From the NCBI RefSeq assembly GCF_009914755.1, contig NC_060945.1: 64,000 nucleotides of DNA; one strand, written 5' to 3'. The DNA is from the human T2T-CHM13v2.0 reference genome, Homo sapiens. The notes under the pieces are model-generated. The model saw only the letters and a list, made by a program, of their open reading frames with translations. It was not told the DNA's origin and made no database searches. The translations under genes were made by a program, and so were the position numbers. Below are positions 13,462 to 29,950 of this stretch, in pieces (position 1 is the first letter of the stretch; each line of letters starts with the position of its first letter).

Positions 13462-14512
13462 TAGAGCTCTCCAGCAACGTGGTGCACAGTCTCTTGGAGG
13501 CTCATGTGAGAGCTGGTGTTTTAGGAGGATGTTCCAGCTGGCTGGAATTCATCGCATAAGACCCGGAATCAGTGTGGCTTAGGGCAGATTTTATTAATAC
13601 CTTGGCACTTTCCATGTGGACCAGTCCCAGTGGAGCCACCGCCTCTGGAGTTTATAGAGGCCCATCCTCCTGGGCACAGTGCAGCTGGCAGTGGTATCCA
13701 GAGCACGGACACTGCCCTTCCCCTTGGGATGCTCCACCAAGTTCCCTGCCGCCGATGACGGTGTGCACCACAATAATGCTAGCGCCCTTTCCAAGGTCCA
13801 AGGCAGAGCTTTCATCTGCGGCACCACACCTGGGCCACTCCCTCAAGCATCTCAGCTGCCCATTGGAATGAGCAGCACTGGCCCAGTTTTCTAGTCAAGG
13901 ACCAGAGGAGGGACGGCAGAAGGGGCTTGGTGGCGGAGCTGGGACTCTGAGCCCAGCCCATGCTCCTCCCTGGCTCCACGTCTCTGCCAGACACCACCGC
14001 TTGTTCTTGTTAATTCCAGAATGGAGGAGTAGGTCATGTCTCAGGGCACGAGAGTCAGCCGCCCCCCAGGGAAAAGTGGGTCGGGGGAAGTCTGTGCTGA
14101 GTGCCCCCCGCCAACACTTTTGTCCTCTCTCTGGGCTCCTTACCCTCCTCCCAGGCATCTTCACTGCCATCTCTCCAACCTCAGAGGACAGACATCATAA
14201 CCCATCAATATGAGGCTGAAAGCTGCCAGAAACTTTCTTCCAGGAGGATTTGTCTCTTAGAAAAGAAGGGAGGAGGATGGGGTGAGAGGAAAGGGCACTT
14301 TTGTGCCTTTGTCCTCTCTTTCTGGAAGGCCCCGCCCCAGCTCCCCTCTTTGACCCCACTCTGAGCTCCTCCTTTGACCTATATCTCACTGTGCTGTTAC
14401 AGTTCGGGGGACATGTTTCTTCCTTTTTGTCCCAGATACTAAGCCTCTTTGGGCCACGGTGGGGCCCCAGGAGCCAACAGACATTCTTCAGGGCACTTGG
14501 GTCTTTTTGTTA

Positions 14513-14792
14513 AGGGACAGGGTCTTGCTCTGTCACCCAGGCTGGAGTCCAGTGGTGCAATCACAGCTCACTGGAGCCTCAAACTCCTGGGCTCAAATGA
14601 TCCTCCCACCTCAGCCATCTGTGTAGCTGGGGCCACAGGCGCACGCCACCACACCCAGCTAATTTTTAAAATTTTTTGTGGAGATGGGGTCTTGCTGTGT
14701 TTCCAGGCTGGTCTTGAGTCCCTAGCCTCAGTCAATCCTCCTGCCTTGGCCTCCCAAAGTGTCAGGATTACAGACAGGAGCCACCGCGCCTG
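14513..14792 (-). mobile_element. Alu (J-type)
   Basis: Diverged antisense Alu. Confidence 0.9.
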
Positions 14793-14819
14793 GATGGGAC
14801 TTGGGTCTTGACTTTTTTT

Positions 14820-14908
14820 TGCCACTTATTAACTGTCCGCTGTCCAATCTTAAGCAATACACAACACCATCTTGTTCTTGGTTTCCTCATCAGTAAAATG
14901 GGAGAATA
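14820..14908 (+). mobile_element. MIR fragment
   Basis: gccacttattaactgt...gtttcctcatcagtaaaatggg. Confidence 0.65.
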
Positions 14909-15225
14909 GACTGGAAGGATTTTAAGATTTGTTTTAGCCCTAAAGATGATGAATGCATTCAGAAATCCTGGAGAAAGAGTTTTGGAACAGAGAACTTAAG
15001 GCTAAGATTCTTCACTGTTGTCATGATGATAATGACCCTGTCAAGATTTCACAGACTGCAGCTTGAATAAATGCTTCCAGTAGTGACGCTCGAGGCTGTA
15101 CAGATGTTTCTGTTTGACACCGAAACACTGCATTCTCGTCTGTATGGCTTTTGGCTATAGCAATTGGAAGGGCTTCTGTAGGGCCACTCTGGCTTATTAT
15201 TATGAGGAAATAAAATCTTGAATTA

Positions 15226-15571
<346 letters not shown>

Positions 15572-15869
15572 TCTACGGAAAGAATTGTTTATTTACTGGT
15601 ACAGCGTGTCGAGTGATACAGATGCCAAGTTCAATCCCATTGGAAGGTGGTAAGCAGCATCGTCAGTGATGCAAGCACTGTGGAACAAATGGTTGGCCTC
15701 CCCCAGATGCCTTTATTGTGTTACCTACTCACAGCTTGGCAGTGAGCTCATATGTATATCTCCATCATATATGACAGGGCCCTAATTTGTAGTTACTTAC
15801 AGTACAGTCAATTGGATAAGACAACCCTTATATTTTATTATGATATTTTTTGTTGTCTTGTGAGTTTGT

Positions 15870-16133
15870 TTTGTTACCCTGGCTGGAGTGCAGTGGCACA
15901 ATCTCGGCTCACTGCAACCCCCGCCTCCAGGGCTCAAGTGATCCTCCCACCTCAGCCTCCCAAGTAGCTGGAGACTATAGGCATGCACCACCATGCCCGG
16001 ATAATTTTTGTATTTTTTGTAGAGAAGGGGTTTCGCCATGTCACCAAGGCTGGTCTCGAACTCCTGGACTCAAGCAATCCCCCGACCTCGGCCTCCCAAA
16101 GTGCTGAGATGGCAAGACTGAGCCACTGCTTCC
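15870..16133 (-). mobile_element. Alu (J-type)
   Basis: Antisense Alu. Confidence 0.92.
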
Positions 16134-16335
16134 AGCTGTTATGTTGTTTCCTAAGAAGCACAGCTCTCCACTTCTCCTAAGCAATGAACCGGTGCCTGTC
16201 AGCACATTGGGCCGCACAGTGGAGTAGAGGCTGGGCTGGGAGATATTCTAGCATGTTTGAGAAAATGAGCCAGGAGGAGTGGGCTCCAGCCCAACCCCAG
16301 TGGCCAGTGGCTGACCCTGCCCTCTCCACTCCCAG

Positions 16336-16535
16336 GTCATCCACTGCAGTGGCTACTTGAAGATCAGGCAGTATATGCTGGACATGTCCCTGTACGACTC
16401 CTGCTACCAGATTGTGGGGCTGGTGGCCGTGGGCCAGTCGCTGCCACCCAGTGCCATCACCGAGATCAAGCTGTACAGTAACATGTTCATGTTCAGGGCC
16501 AGCCTTGACCTGAAGCTGATATTCCTGGATTCCAG
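16336..16535 (+). CDS. SIM2: SIM2 exon 6, [13 protein letters not shown]...[16 protein letters not shown](R) (into PAS-B)
   Basis: ctcccag acceptor, 200 nt, CAG|gtgagt donor; frame continuous. Confidence 0.97.
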
Positions 16536-16725
16536 GTGAGTTCGGCACCTGCCACAGTGGCTGTGGCCTTCTGGAAGACACCGGTGGTGGAAATGGGTCC
16601 CTGAAAGCTGCCATCTTGGCCAAATCATAACAAGGAATAAGTCATAATAGGAATGTGGATTAAGCAAAACCAATTTATGAACTGAAAGAACATATGTCAG
16701 CCTTAGGACTCAAGGGCTTGTTTTA

Positions 16726-16820
16726 CTTTATTTACTTATTGATTTACTTATTTTATTTACTTATTGATTACTTATTTTATTTACTTATTGATTACTTGTT
16801 TTATTTTATTTACTTATTTG
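16726..16820. repeat. AT-rich tandem repeat, about 25-bp unit (TTTATTTACTTATTGATTACTTATT) x3
   Basis: Visible directly. Confidence 0.85.
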
Positions 16821-17257
16821 AATCACTAGAGTTTGAAATGAAAACATGGGCTGTGAGCACAGGTTGGGCTTTTTTGAAGGCCATGATGTCAGAGCTCTGC
16901 CTCCTGCGTCCAAGGAGGACTTTAGAACAAACAGAAAATTTCCACCCTGTGTGCGGTGTGTGGGGGGCCTTGGCACTCAGGCTGGTGTGAAGCCACCACA
17001 GGGCTGAGGCTGGGAGCAGAGACGCTATCTACCCTGGGGGATGCTCTTCCCACAGCTCATGGGTGCCCTGTCTACATCTGGGCTGGGAGGAGGGGATTGG
17101 ATGAGGTCATTTCTCCTGGCCTTGGGGAGTACCTCTCTCCAGACCCGTGCTGGAGTGGCCTTCACTCTCCCCTAGAACCGGCTGCAGTCCCAGTTTTTTA
17201 ACTGAGTCTGCAGTTAAAGTCTGAGTTTTTTAAAATTGAAGTGAATTTTAATTTTAA

Positions 17258-17570
<313 letters not shown>

Positions 17571-20409
17571 TAAGTGACAAACGCTAACTGCGTTTGGTTT
17601 TCAGGGTTTTGTGGTGTTTGTGGGGTACATTGTGATGCTTTGACACATGTCCACTCTGTGGAACCATCAAACCCCTCCCAAGTCTTGAGGCCACGTGCTA
17701 GTCAGGCCTCTTCCATGTTCTTATTTGTAAAACAGCAGCGCAGCCTGCCCACTCACTGCTAGGAAAGATGAGATTAGATAATAGACGGAAGCATTGGAAA
17801 CAGTGAAGCCTCTCTTACCTGCAAGGCCACTTTAGCTCTTGGCAGGTAGGTTCCTCAGCTGTGCAGTCGGGAATAAGCCATCAGAGACCCCGCTCCTGGC
17901 GTGGGGTGTGTGTGTGCGATGAGTCTTTGGCGGGGGGAGGAGAGATACATTTTGCTTTCTGTATGTCCAGAAGCCAGGATTTACTGTTTTCTTTTCTTTT
18001 TCACTTTTTAAAGTTGTGGTAAAATACACATCACATAAAATTGATCATTTTAACCATTTATTGATGTTCTATAGAGAAAAAACAGATCTTCCTGGTTAGG
18101 GGCAAGAGATAAAGACAGGAGTCAGTTTGGCTCCTTGTCGACACCCTTCAGGACCACTCAGAAGCAGGGTGAGTGTGTCAGGGTCACCAGCATCTTCCCA
18201 GAAACTCCAAGCAGACAGGAAACAGCGCTCTTTGGGGAAAGCTGCCAGCACCTCTGGGGACGGCCAAGAGCGACAAATGCCATTTTCCTGCCATGCAGAG
18301 GGAGGCGCTGCAGGGAGAGAAGGCAGCCAAGCTGCCCCAGCCAGGGTGGACCCCTCTGCTCCCTCTTTTCTGACTTGGGAGCCACTTCTGAGAGGTGGCT
18401 GGAAGGACATCAGCTGCCCAAAGTCATTATCAGAGACATCTAGGAGGATCCAACTGGTTTCCCCCTTGTTTCGTCTCCTAGTTTTCCTCTGGGCCTTCTA
18501 GGAAACCCCTGAGACTGATGAATTCTGGAGAACAGGAAAGAAGTGGTCTCCCCAGAGGAGAGACCTGAGGGCTTTTCAAGCCGTTCAATCCACATTGCCT
18601 GGAAAGGCAGCCAAGGGTAGAGGAGGTTGTGCCTAAAGGAGGCCTGGACAGGGCCTGGATGGGGCTTTGCAGCGCCAGAGGGGGCTCCCGCGTCTCAGGG
18701 TGTAGGGGCTGCACCCCTGGAGTGAACAGAAAAGAAGGCTGGTGGTCTTGAAGGAGACATCCTGCCTCTCCCAGATCTCTGGTTGTTCCTGCCATATCAG
18801 GAAACTTCTAGCAAAGCCTTGAGGCCTTTTCTGAGCTGCAGTCACATGGGAGGGGCTGAAAGGGGTCAGAAGAATGCTGCAGAGGCCTTCCCAGTCACCA
18901 CAGTCAGTCTGTGACCAAGGGGATGGGGCCTGGGCTGGCCCAGCCCTGGGAGGACAGCAGAGTGGCCAAGCAGGGTGGGAGATGTCCCTTCTGAGTCCAA
19001 ACCCCAGAAGCCAGACGAGGGCTTTGCCCGAAGTCCAGCGGCCCCAAGTCACAGGAGCGAGGGTGGTCGTGGGCCTGTCTGGCGCCACACCCCGCACAAT
19101 CCCAGACACAACTGAACTCGCCGTAACCTGAAATTGGGTTTGTCAGGGTTTTGTGGTATTTCTCTTTGAAACTGGAGCTGATGCTTTTGCTAAGGATGGG
19201 TGAACACAGCGATGTTTGGGGTTTGGCAGATTCCTCTGACAGGTCTTCAGACACTAGAGGCTTGGAAAAAACCGGGAGGGCACCTTGCCAAACCCCTCCA
19301 TTTCCCTTTAATTTTTAAAGCCAGTGTGTACTTTGATGAGAAACTTAATACATGTGTTTCTGATTCATTTACACGTTTGGGGCCGTTGTTCTGTAACTTT
19401 GCATCCAAAGGGTCTGGGAAGCCTCTTTCATCCCCACACGGTAGAGATGCCTGGTTTTCTTTTTGGGGGAAAACAGACGGCTCAATTTTCCTGCCACACA
19501 GAGTTAGATTCTGATGGGGCTTGAAGTTCTAGGTGGCCCTTAGGCAAGTTCCCTGAGCCCCGAATGGCTCTGGGCTCTACAAGGCCCCCTCCCCGCATCC
19601 CTCTCCCCCACCACTGCAAGCCCTGTCTCCTTCCTACCCTAGAAGGACACCATGGAAATGAGTACACCAAACAGGGAACAATTCCAGGGAAACATGAGGC
19701 TCTCCGAGATTTACGACCCAAAGCTTGAGCAGATCTTAACAGAAAGGGAAGCGGGTTAAAGAATGAAAGTGAGGTCAAGTTTTTCAGTTTAATTTACAGC
19801 TAACGTCTCCTATCCTAGCAAGGAGGGCCCCCAGCCCCAGCCCTCCCTCTTTCCCCGACCTCACCCGGCCCCCAGGACTGACTGCACCATAGCCTCGCCT
19901 GCCTTGGAATCCCTTCATCCCTCTCTCTTTCATCTGTTCTTGAAAATCTATCACCAAGATGGTGAGGACCACCTCCTTCGAGGACATGGTGCCCGGCCCC
20001 ATTGCCCAAAGCCTGGGAAACCATCGTTGCCACGTGCAGCTTCCACCTACGGCCAGAGCGATCCTGATGCGGGTGATGATGTGGTCTTGGGTACTGAGAG
20101 CCACTTTTCTTCAAAGAGCCGAAGTGGGAAATTAATATGCCCAGGGCTCGATGAGAACACAAAGGGGTTGTGTCACATAAGCCCCAGGAAAATGCTTCCA
20201 TTTCTCTAGAGAGCTTAAGGCTTTCCTTTTAGTCACAATATCTTAGGGCGTTATCCTGTCTTCTGGGGGGTCTGAACCAATCCTCCCCTCATAGGAGCCT
20301 AAAGGTCCCCAGTTATTCCGTAATTCCCAATAGTGGGAATCACCCAGCGGCAGCATCCTGAGACCATCTGTGCCAATCAACAGTGTCTAGCGTGCAACAG
20401 AGGTTTAAA

Positions 20410-20875
20410 CACTCGCACCCGCAGTAGCCAAGATGTGCAAACAACTGTCCACAGACAGAGGGATGGAGGAACCAAATGTGGTGTCTACATAAAACAGAAA
20501 CGTATTCAGTCCTAAGAAGGAATGAAGTTCAGACACATGCCTCAGCATGGATAGCCTTGGAAACATCATGCTGAGTGAAAGAAGCCACACACCAAAGGCC
20601 ACATGGTGTGCCATTGCACGGATATGAACTTTCTCGAAGAGAAAAATTCCTAGAGACAGAAAGTACAAGGGAGGCTACTGGGGGCTGGGCAGGGGACAGT
20701 GGGGAGCTGGTGTTTAATGGGGACAGAGTGTTTGGGATCATGGAAAGCTCTGGACAGGGGCAGTGATGCCTGTTACACAACACTGTGAGTGCACCAAATA
20801 CCACTGAATTGTACACTAGCGCTGGTAACCATGGTGAATTGTATATGTATATTTTACCACAATTTATAAAAAACA
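20410..20875 (+). mobile_element. L1M (L1MB-like) 3' end
   Basis: aaggaatgaagtt...catggat..ccttggaaacatcatgctgagtgaaagaagcca...gagacagaaagta...atggtgaatt...ttttaccacaat. Confidence 0.85.
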
Positions 20876-21261
20876 TTCACACAGGACCGTCCCCCCGAAG
20901 CCCTCCAAGAGTGGGTTCTTTCTCACCGTAGCAGCTTTCTCGCAATATCAGTATCAAAGTCCACTTGTAAGCATTCCCCGATAAGCTGAACTTGGAAAAA
21001 GGCTACAATTTTAAGCCATTCCAAACATTCTCTTAGCCGGTGGTTTCAGAAGAACATTCCCATTCATGAATAGTGCTACATCCTGCACCGGGCTCGAGTT
21101 CAAAGACTTGCTTCTTGTAAAAAAGATCATTCTCAGTTTCCAAAATCAACATTTCCCGCCTGAGCCTTTTAGCACTTGATTAGTTGGCAAAACCAATATT
21201 AGTTTAAATGAAAGGCAGTCTGCAGAGTGGCGTAACTCACTGAGCTGCCATGCCCCCACAG

Positions 21262-21368
21262 GGTGACCGAGGTGACGGGGTACGAGCCGCAGGACCTGAT
21301 CGAGAAGACCCTATACCATCACGTGCACGGCTGCGACGTGTTCCACCTCCGCTACGCACACCACCTCC
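21262..21368 (+). CDS. SIM2: SIM2 exon 7, (R)[35 protein letters not shown](L) (PAS-B)
   Basis: ccccacag acceptor, 107 nt, TCC|gtgagt donor. Confidence 0.97.
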
Positions 21369-21714
21369 GTGAGTAGCACGCCCACCCCAGCCACGGGAGG
21401 TAGCTGGTCAGGGAGGAGGCGCTGAGGACAGAGCCGGGGGACGTGTCCCTTTTGTTGGTGCAATAATCATCCATGATACACACTTGAATCTCAAGCCCCA
21501 AGTGTGGCTTCCTCCACCCCGTGATTAAGTACGGCTGCCTGTTGTCGGTTCTCAAGCAGCCACGCGCACCCTTTCAGGGAGACTCTAGCAGGTGTAGGAT
21601 CAGGAAGTTGCCTGGATTCTAGATTGTGGATGTGGAACCTAAACTCTGTGATCTGGACACCATTTGCGAATAACAGCAACAGTGGAAGACTGCTAGTTAT
21701 GGAGCTCTTACTGC

Positions 21715-21900
21715 TGTCGGGCACTAAGTTTAAGTGACTAAATACATTACCAGCCCAGTGAGGGAGGGTCTCACTGTCATGATCCTCATTTTACCAGTGA
21801 GGATGCTGAGGTCCAGATAGGTTAAGCCGCTTGCCCACCTTCATACAGCTGGATGGTAGCGGAGTTGGAAGCTGAACCCACGCAGAGCCCTGCCTCCGAC
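21715..21900 (-). mobile_element. MIR
   Basis: cctcattttaccagtgagga..ctgagg....aggttaag..gcttgccca. Confidence 0.7.
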
Positions 21901-22072
21901 TGCTATACCCCAGCCAGCTAGGGGAAGCCCAGGGAGGCCACCATTCCACGATGGGAGAGGTCATCTTGGGACGGGGTGAACAAACACCAATTTGATTTGC
22001 CAACGGAGGCGGTTTGGGAACATCAGGATATAGAGGCGGATGCTCTAGTCACTGAAATGTTTAAAGAAGTGA

Positions 22073-22400
<328 letters not shown>

Positions 22401-23256
22401 CACACTTTCAGAATCCAAATGGAGGCAAAGACTAATTTGGATGGAGTGGAATGCCTCATCCTCCTGCTGTCCAGCCCTGCCACGCCCATGGCCAGTCGGG
22501 GGTGCTTTATAATGGGGTGCAGACAGTTAGAGGAGCTGGGTCTTCTGCAGTGTGGCCCAGATGGCATGTCCTCTGTTCTTGCTCTGCCTTCTGTTGGCTC
22601 AGGGACGTTAGAGGACAGGTTGCCAGTGTCGAGTGGGAGGGGGACGGCAGGCCCGCAGGCCGCTAGGTCCACAGATGCGTGGTGTGCTGGGCTCCGTGTG
22701 GACTGGGACCCGGGAACTCGATACTCCCAGGGTGTCGCTGTTGCTCTTCCCTCCCCAAGTCTCTATGGACAGAAACCCGTGACAACCAGGACTTATGGCT
22801 GAGCAGGCACAGACGGCTTCTTCCTTGCTCCTTGACTCATGTGGAGACTTGGAGGTGTGAACAACCCTTTTGTGTCTTTTGTTAAAGACCAAATCATGAT
22901 CTCATAACCATCTCTGTCATTCTGGAGACCAAGCTTGGTAGAGAAGCAGCTGCTTAGTGTTCGGATGGAACTTCTCCGTCGGTGTCACTAATATGGGAGC
23001 TAGAAAGTTTTCTTGAGCAAACTGGGTATGGTGTGTCAATTCTAGAATCAGATATCCAGGAGACTTGATCAGGCGGGTGTGAAGAGCAGAGTGGAGGGGC
23101 TCTGCAGTAGCAAGAGCAGTTGGGAGACGGGAGAGGCATTTGCCTCGAGGGCATAGAGCTGTGCTGTGCCCTAGAACAGTCTGGGACTTGGAGAGTGAAG
23201 GTGAGGGCTCATACCTCCACACGCTCCCCCTGCCACTGTTGGGGCGGAGGGGCTGA

Positions 23257-23712
<456 letters not shown>

Positions 23713-23762
23713 AAAGTCTTCTTTTTAAATACCATGTCTTTTATCTCACACTGCCTGGCTAA

Positions 23763-24078
<316 letters not shown>

Positions 24079-26929
24079 GAAGCAGGGATTTTTTTCCCCA
24101 TTTGCTTTGGAACAGTCATGAAGCCCACAGTGGTGCTCAGTCAGTGCCTCCTCTGTGTCCATCATGGGTAGATGCTTTCACTTATAGACTCTGACCTGCG
24201 GGCAGTTTGGGGAGCTGTGTCCCTCTCTTGCCCTTTTCCCAGGTGATCAGGGTGAGACTCAGGGGACACTTGTCCAAGGGCAGCAGTGGAGCTGGGGCAG
24301 GACCAAAGTCCAGCCCATTGGCTGTCGTGCTGTCAGCCGTCACCACCACACCACACCACACCACGGGGCTTAACCTTGGAGATGTGGGCTGGTGGCTGTT
24401 CTGTAGGATCCCAGCCCTCCTGAGCTTGCCTGGCTCACCAGACCCACAAGGTGATTTTCTTTGAGGGGTCTTCTGTGGTTTATATGATGAAGCCACTTTA
24501 TCTCACAGGAAGTTTCCAGATATTGAAGTTGTCCAAGGGGACTCTGAAAGGGCAAGCAGGCACAGGCTCAAAAAGGTAGGCGTGTTTAGAAATTAGACGG
24601 GGCATGGCTTTCTTTTCCAAATGAGCCAGAATTGGTAATTCAAAGAAAACAGAAAATAGCAAGATTGACAGTGATTGCTACTGTCCTGTGACTCTGACCT
24701 TAGCTGTGCTAGAGAAACAACCAGAAAAGACTGCACCCCAGCCAGGCCGGTGGGTTGGTGTGGTCTTGGAGTTCACCATGAGTGTGCCTGCCTCAGTTTC
24801 CCCTGGCAGCTTTGAGAGGGAGGGGAAGCAAGGATAGTCTCAGATGATGGGGAGTTCTTTGGTTCCAGCGTGGGAACCACCTGCAGGGCTGAGCAGCAGC
24901 CTCCCCTCAGAGCACTCAACTGGAATGTCACACGCCTCTCCAAAGCTAGAACTCTCTGGGAAGACAGTCAACTCCCAAGCAGGGTCTTCAGAGTCGGGGT
25001 CTTCATGGTATGGAGCTTTGTGATTGTGGAGGCCTCACTCTCCTTCCCAGGTACAGAACCTGGGCCAGAGGGGCCAACCCCAGGCCTCCTGTTCCTGCCT
25101 CTCCATCCCCAGGGCTGGGTGGCACCTGTTTGATTTCCTGAAACTCCAGAAGCTGCCCCAGAGCCTGGAGTTGAAGTGCAATGGTTGATTTGGACAGTGA
25201 CTAGACATGGCCAGGGGAGGACTGAGCCAGAGAAGAGAAGGAGCCACAAAGGGTGTTGTCCACTGGCTACAGCCGAGGGAGGCTGGCGCTCAACGCCGGG
25301 GATACCCCAGAGCCAGTGTCATCAAGCAGAGGGGAGAGTGAGCTGAGGTATTGATACCCCTGTGCCTGTCAGTCAGTAGCTGGAGGGCAGCTCTCAGGGG
25401 GCCTTGATTGCCTGGCTTACCCCCAACATGGTCAGGGTGGGCCCTGCCAAAGAAAGGCCTCAGTGGGGGAGAACAGGTCAGGCCAGTGGATGTGGCTGGG
25501 CCAGAGCAAGGCTGATGTCTTCACAGCCTGTCCTCAGCTTCCTCCCTGCTGGGCCTTCATCCAGGCTGTGTTAAGATGTTCTCTGTTCTAACCTTCCACA
25601 AGTTTCTCCCTTCCGAGCCCCGTCTGTCATCTTTCCCTTGTCCACAGAGGCCACGCCTCTCTCTGGGGGTCCCTGTTGGCTGACAGGAGCGTCCTTACAC
25701 CCACACCACTGCTGTGTGAGGGCTGAGGGAAGCCCATCCCCCACACTCTCCAGCTCTGTCTCCACTCCTGGCTTTGTACCAATAGCTGCTGCCTCTCCTC
25801 TTGGGGACATGTGCCCCACTGCTGCTTGGCCCCACAGAGTCCCAACCAAGGGACCTCAGGTCTGGACGATGCTTTTGTCTTGTGGTGTTTGGGTCCTGAT
25901 GGGGACTTGGGGACTGTCTTAGTGTCCCAGGCACAATTCAGCCCTCAACTAGGTCATTCCTTAATATGTCCGTATCCTCACTCAAGTTGTGGGGAGAGGC
26001 CCTTCCCATATTATAGCTGCAGAGGCCGACTTGGGGAGGACAGGGGAGAAGCTGAGAAGGTGGGAGGCCCCATTTTGAAATGGGACTTGTTAGTCCTGTC
26101 ACACAGTGCTTTGGTGGCTGACAGCCCGGCTCAGGGCCTGGCTTGAGGGAAGGGCAGTGAGGCCAGACTTCCTATTCAGCCTCCTGCCCTCCCAGGTTCC
26201 ACCAGGGTCCCCACTGTGGCCACTGCAGACCTGAGACTCAAGTCTTTCAACTCCATCAGCTAGAGCTGGCCCCGTGGCTGCCCGAGGGATGCGGGGACAC
26301 AGGCAGCCTGCCAGCTTCCCTTCCATCTGCCACAACCGAGTGTAGCTGGAGGTAGCCAGCAGTGACAGCAACCCCCGCCCGGGCCCCTCAGGACTCCTCA
26401 CAGTGAGATGCCCAGACGCATCTGTCGTGGGCAGTGGGTGAGGTCACCGAGAGCAGGAACAAAGCAGACAGCTGCCAACAGCCAGGACCCGAGTGAGGTC
26501 ACTGTCCCCTCTTCTGGGGCCTCGCTTTCCCCACACCGGTAGCCAAAAGCCAGGAACCTCTGGGGTCAGTGCCAAGGGCTCTGCAGAGGCCTGATTGGAG
26601 GTAAGAGGTGGTGGTCCGGGAGGACCAGACAGCCCGATGGTTTGCACACGTTCTTCAGAATATTATCTTCACTGGGAGCAAGAGTCCACAGGGGCTGAAG
26701 AAATCGCAGCCCCTAAAGAGAAAGAACTCCCAGCCTCCAGAAACTTGAGCTTTGTGAGGAAGAGCAGGGCCAGCAGCACAGGCTTTGGGGAGCACAGGTT
26801 TGCAGAGGTCAGGCGAGGGGGCACCTCGGACCAGAGAAGGGGGCATGCGGGCGTCATGTCGGTGTGGTCTGGGTGTCACCAGGTGAGTCTGTGAAGTCAG
26901 AGCTGTGCCACAATATTCCCCAGAACTAA

Positions 26930-27139
26930 CTTCCTTCCCTTCCTTCCCTCCTTCCCTTCCCTTCCCTTTCCTTTCCTCCCTCCCTCCCTTTCTTCTTTCT
27001 TTTCCTTCTTTCTTTCTCTTTCTTTCTGTCTTTCCTCCCTCCCTCCCTTTCTTCTTTCTTTCTCTTTCTTTTCTTTCTTTCTTTCTTCCTTCCTTTTCTT
27101 TTTCTTTCTTTTTCTTTCGTTCTTTCTCTCTCTTTCTTC

Positions 27140-27140
<1 letters not shown>
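26930..27140. repeat. Polypyrimidine (TTCC/TTTC)n low-complexity tract
   Basis: Almost pure C/T for about 210 bp. Confidence 0.95.
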
Positions 27141-27450
<310 letters not shown>

Positions 27451-27919
27451 TAAAGAAAAGTGAACACGGGATCATCATAAATGGAACCACTGTGACCCTC
27501 CCACCCCACGCCTCACCCACCACCTGAGGTGGCTGATTAAAGGCACCATGCTCCAGCCTGGCCTCAGGAAAGCCGAGCTCTGCCTCCCCGCTTTCTTTGT
27601 TTCATGTTTGGGAGACTTTTTCTTGTATGTAGGGGGAGCTGGCAAAGGCTTGTGATCTGTTGACCCAGACCCTCAGGGGGGGCTGAGCACAGCCTGGTCC
27701 ATAGGTGGAGAAGGGATCAGTGTCAGTAAACCTGACAGTTTGTGTCATGGGACACTGGGCTGTCCATGGTTTGGAAGAACCGTGATGTCCACATGGCTAT
27801 TCTTCCAAGGTTGTTGAGAATTTCACCCGGCTCTCTAGGTAGGCTCCTGCCCAGAATGGGCCAAGCCCAGACCACAAAGAGAACACAGGCCATGTGCAGC
27901 TGTTAAAACATTTCAATGT

Positions 27920-28226
27920 CCACTTTGGGAGGCCAAGGCGGGCGGGTCACTTGGGGTCAGGAGTTTGAGACCAGCCTGGCCAACATGGTGAAACCCCGTC
28001 TCTACTAAACAATACAAAACTTAGCCGGGCGTGGTGGCATTCGCCTGTAATCCCAGCTATTCAGGAGTCTGAGGCAGGGAGAATCTCTTGAACCCAGGAG
28101 ACGGAGGTTGCAGTGAGCCGAGATTGTACCACTGCACTCCAGCCTGGGCAAAAGAGCAAGACCCTGTCTCAAAAAAAAAAAAAAAAAAAAAAAAAAAAGC
28201 AAAAAAAAAAGCAAAAAGAAAAAAGC
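27920..28226 (+). mobile_element. Alu (S-type, 5' truncated) with long interrupted A-tail
   Basis: Begins at cactttgggaggcc; long A-run followed by (gc-A-run) repeats. Confidence 0.95.
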
Positions 28227-28442
28227 ATGGGGCCATATTCCTAAGGGCTTGAATAGATTTTGAGGTTGAAGAGCTTAGCGAGCACTAGTCCTCTTGAAAT
28301 CCGTGGATGGATCCTCAGTCTGAGCCTGCTGCATCTCTTGGTTATTTTGGACCATAAACAAATTGGCCAAGTCTCCCTTAAAAGGTGAGCCCACCTCACC
28401 CCCATACGTATTATTCAATGTATTACTTTGAAAGTAATAGCA

Positions 28443-28774
<332 letters not shown>

Positions 28775-29429
28775 CTATAGAGAACTTTCCAGAGGCCGCT
28801 GCTCCCTCCTCCCACAGCTGCCACTTTGAGGACACCTGGGCTGGACTCCAGCTGTGCCCTCAAGCTCTGTTGGCCCCGGTTTCCTGGTGCTGCCCACCTC
28901 CCACCTCCCACTGTTGTAGTGGGGGTAGAATGAGGCAATCCTGTGAAATGAGCTGGAAGTAGACACCATGTATCTTTTCATTAGAGAAGCAAACCCCCAA
29001 AGGAGAAGCATTGTCAGGCTTCTCTCTTTGCCATGGCCTTTGCCTATACCCTTCAGCAGTGATCTGAGTCGGCTGAGATGCAGATGTTAAGCCTGGGCAG
29101 AAAAGCGCTGCTCTCTGCATGGTCCGGGAGAGACCCCTCTCCAGCCGGTGGCATGCTCGTTACGCAACACTGCCTCATGTCCCCAGGTTCATCCTGACGG
29201 GGTGGTGGGGCTTGATGGAGACTGGATTCCTGCCTCCCAACCCCCACAATCTTCTCTCCCATGTAAAAAACAAAACCATTTCATTCTGGTTAAACCTCCT
29301 CGTTGGAAATTTAGAAAGTCAAGGAAAGCTGAAAAGAAGAAAGTGAAAATTATCTGTCATTTTCAGTCAGATAAAAGTTAATATGTATTGAGCCCTTCAG
29401 CTGTGTCTGCCAGTGTTCTAAATCCTCAA

Positions 29430-29545
29430 ATAGATCATCTAATCTTTCAACAACCATATGAAGTAAGGACTGATTATCCTTTTTTTATAAATGAGGAAAT
29501 TGAGTCACAGGGGGGTTGGTAGCTAGTCTAGGATCACACAGTTTG
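29430..29545 (-). mobile_element. MIR
   Basis: caacaacc.tatgaagta...ttttataaatgaggaaattgagtcacag...ggatcacacag. Confidence 0.75.
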
Positions 29546-29950
29546 TTGGAGGGGGTAGTGTATGCACGTGCCCACTTTTTCATAATTAGGGTTATACTTT
29601 ACACATTTCTGAATCTTGTCTTTTCTTCTGTTAACATTGTATCACACATTTCCCATAATATAACAATTTCTTATTAATCATCATTTTAATGGCTGCATAG
29701 TTTGCCATAATGTATTTACTCTTTTCCCTACCGTTGAAGAGTTAAGTCTCTCCCCACCCCTTTTCCCTGAATTTTCAGCAATATTGCAATGAAACCCTTT
29801 GTAGGTAAGTCTGTGTTTGCACACACAGACCTGCTCACAATTTCCATAGGATCAATTCCTAGAAGTGAGATCAGTGTGTCAGAGGGTGTGAGCTATCAGA
29901 CTGCTTTCCACCAACTCATCCTTCCATCACACATGAAAATGCCTCTCACT

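Noticed and set aside
25180-25520. Possible ERVL/MaLR LTR remnant
   Set aside because: Only a vague resemblance; I cannot assign family or boundaries by eye.
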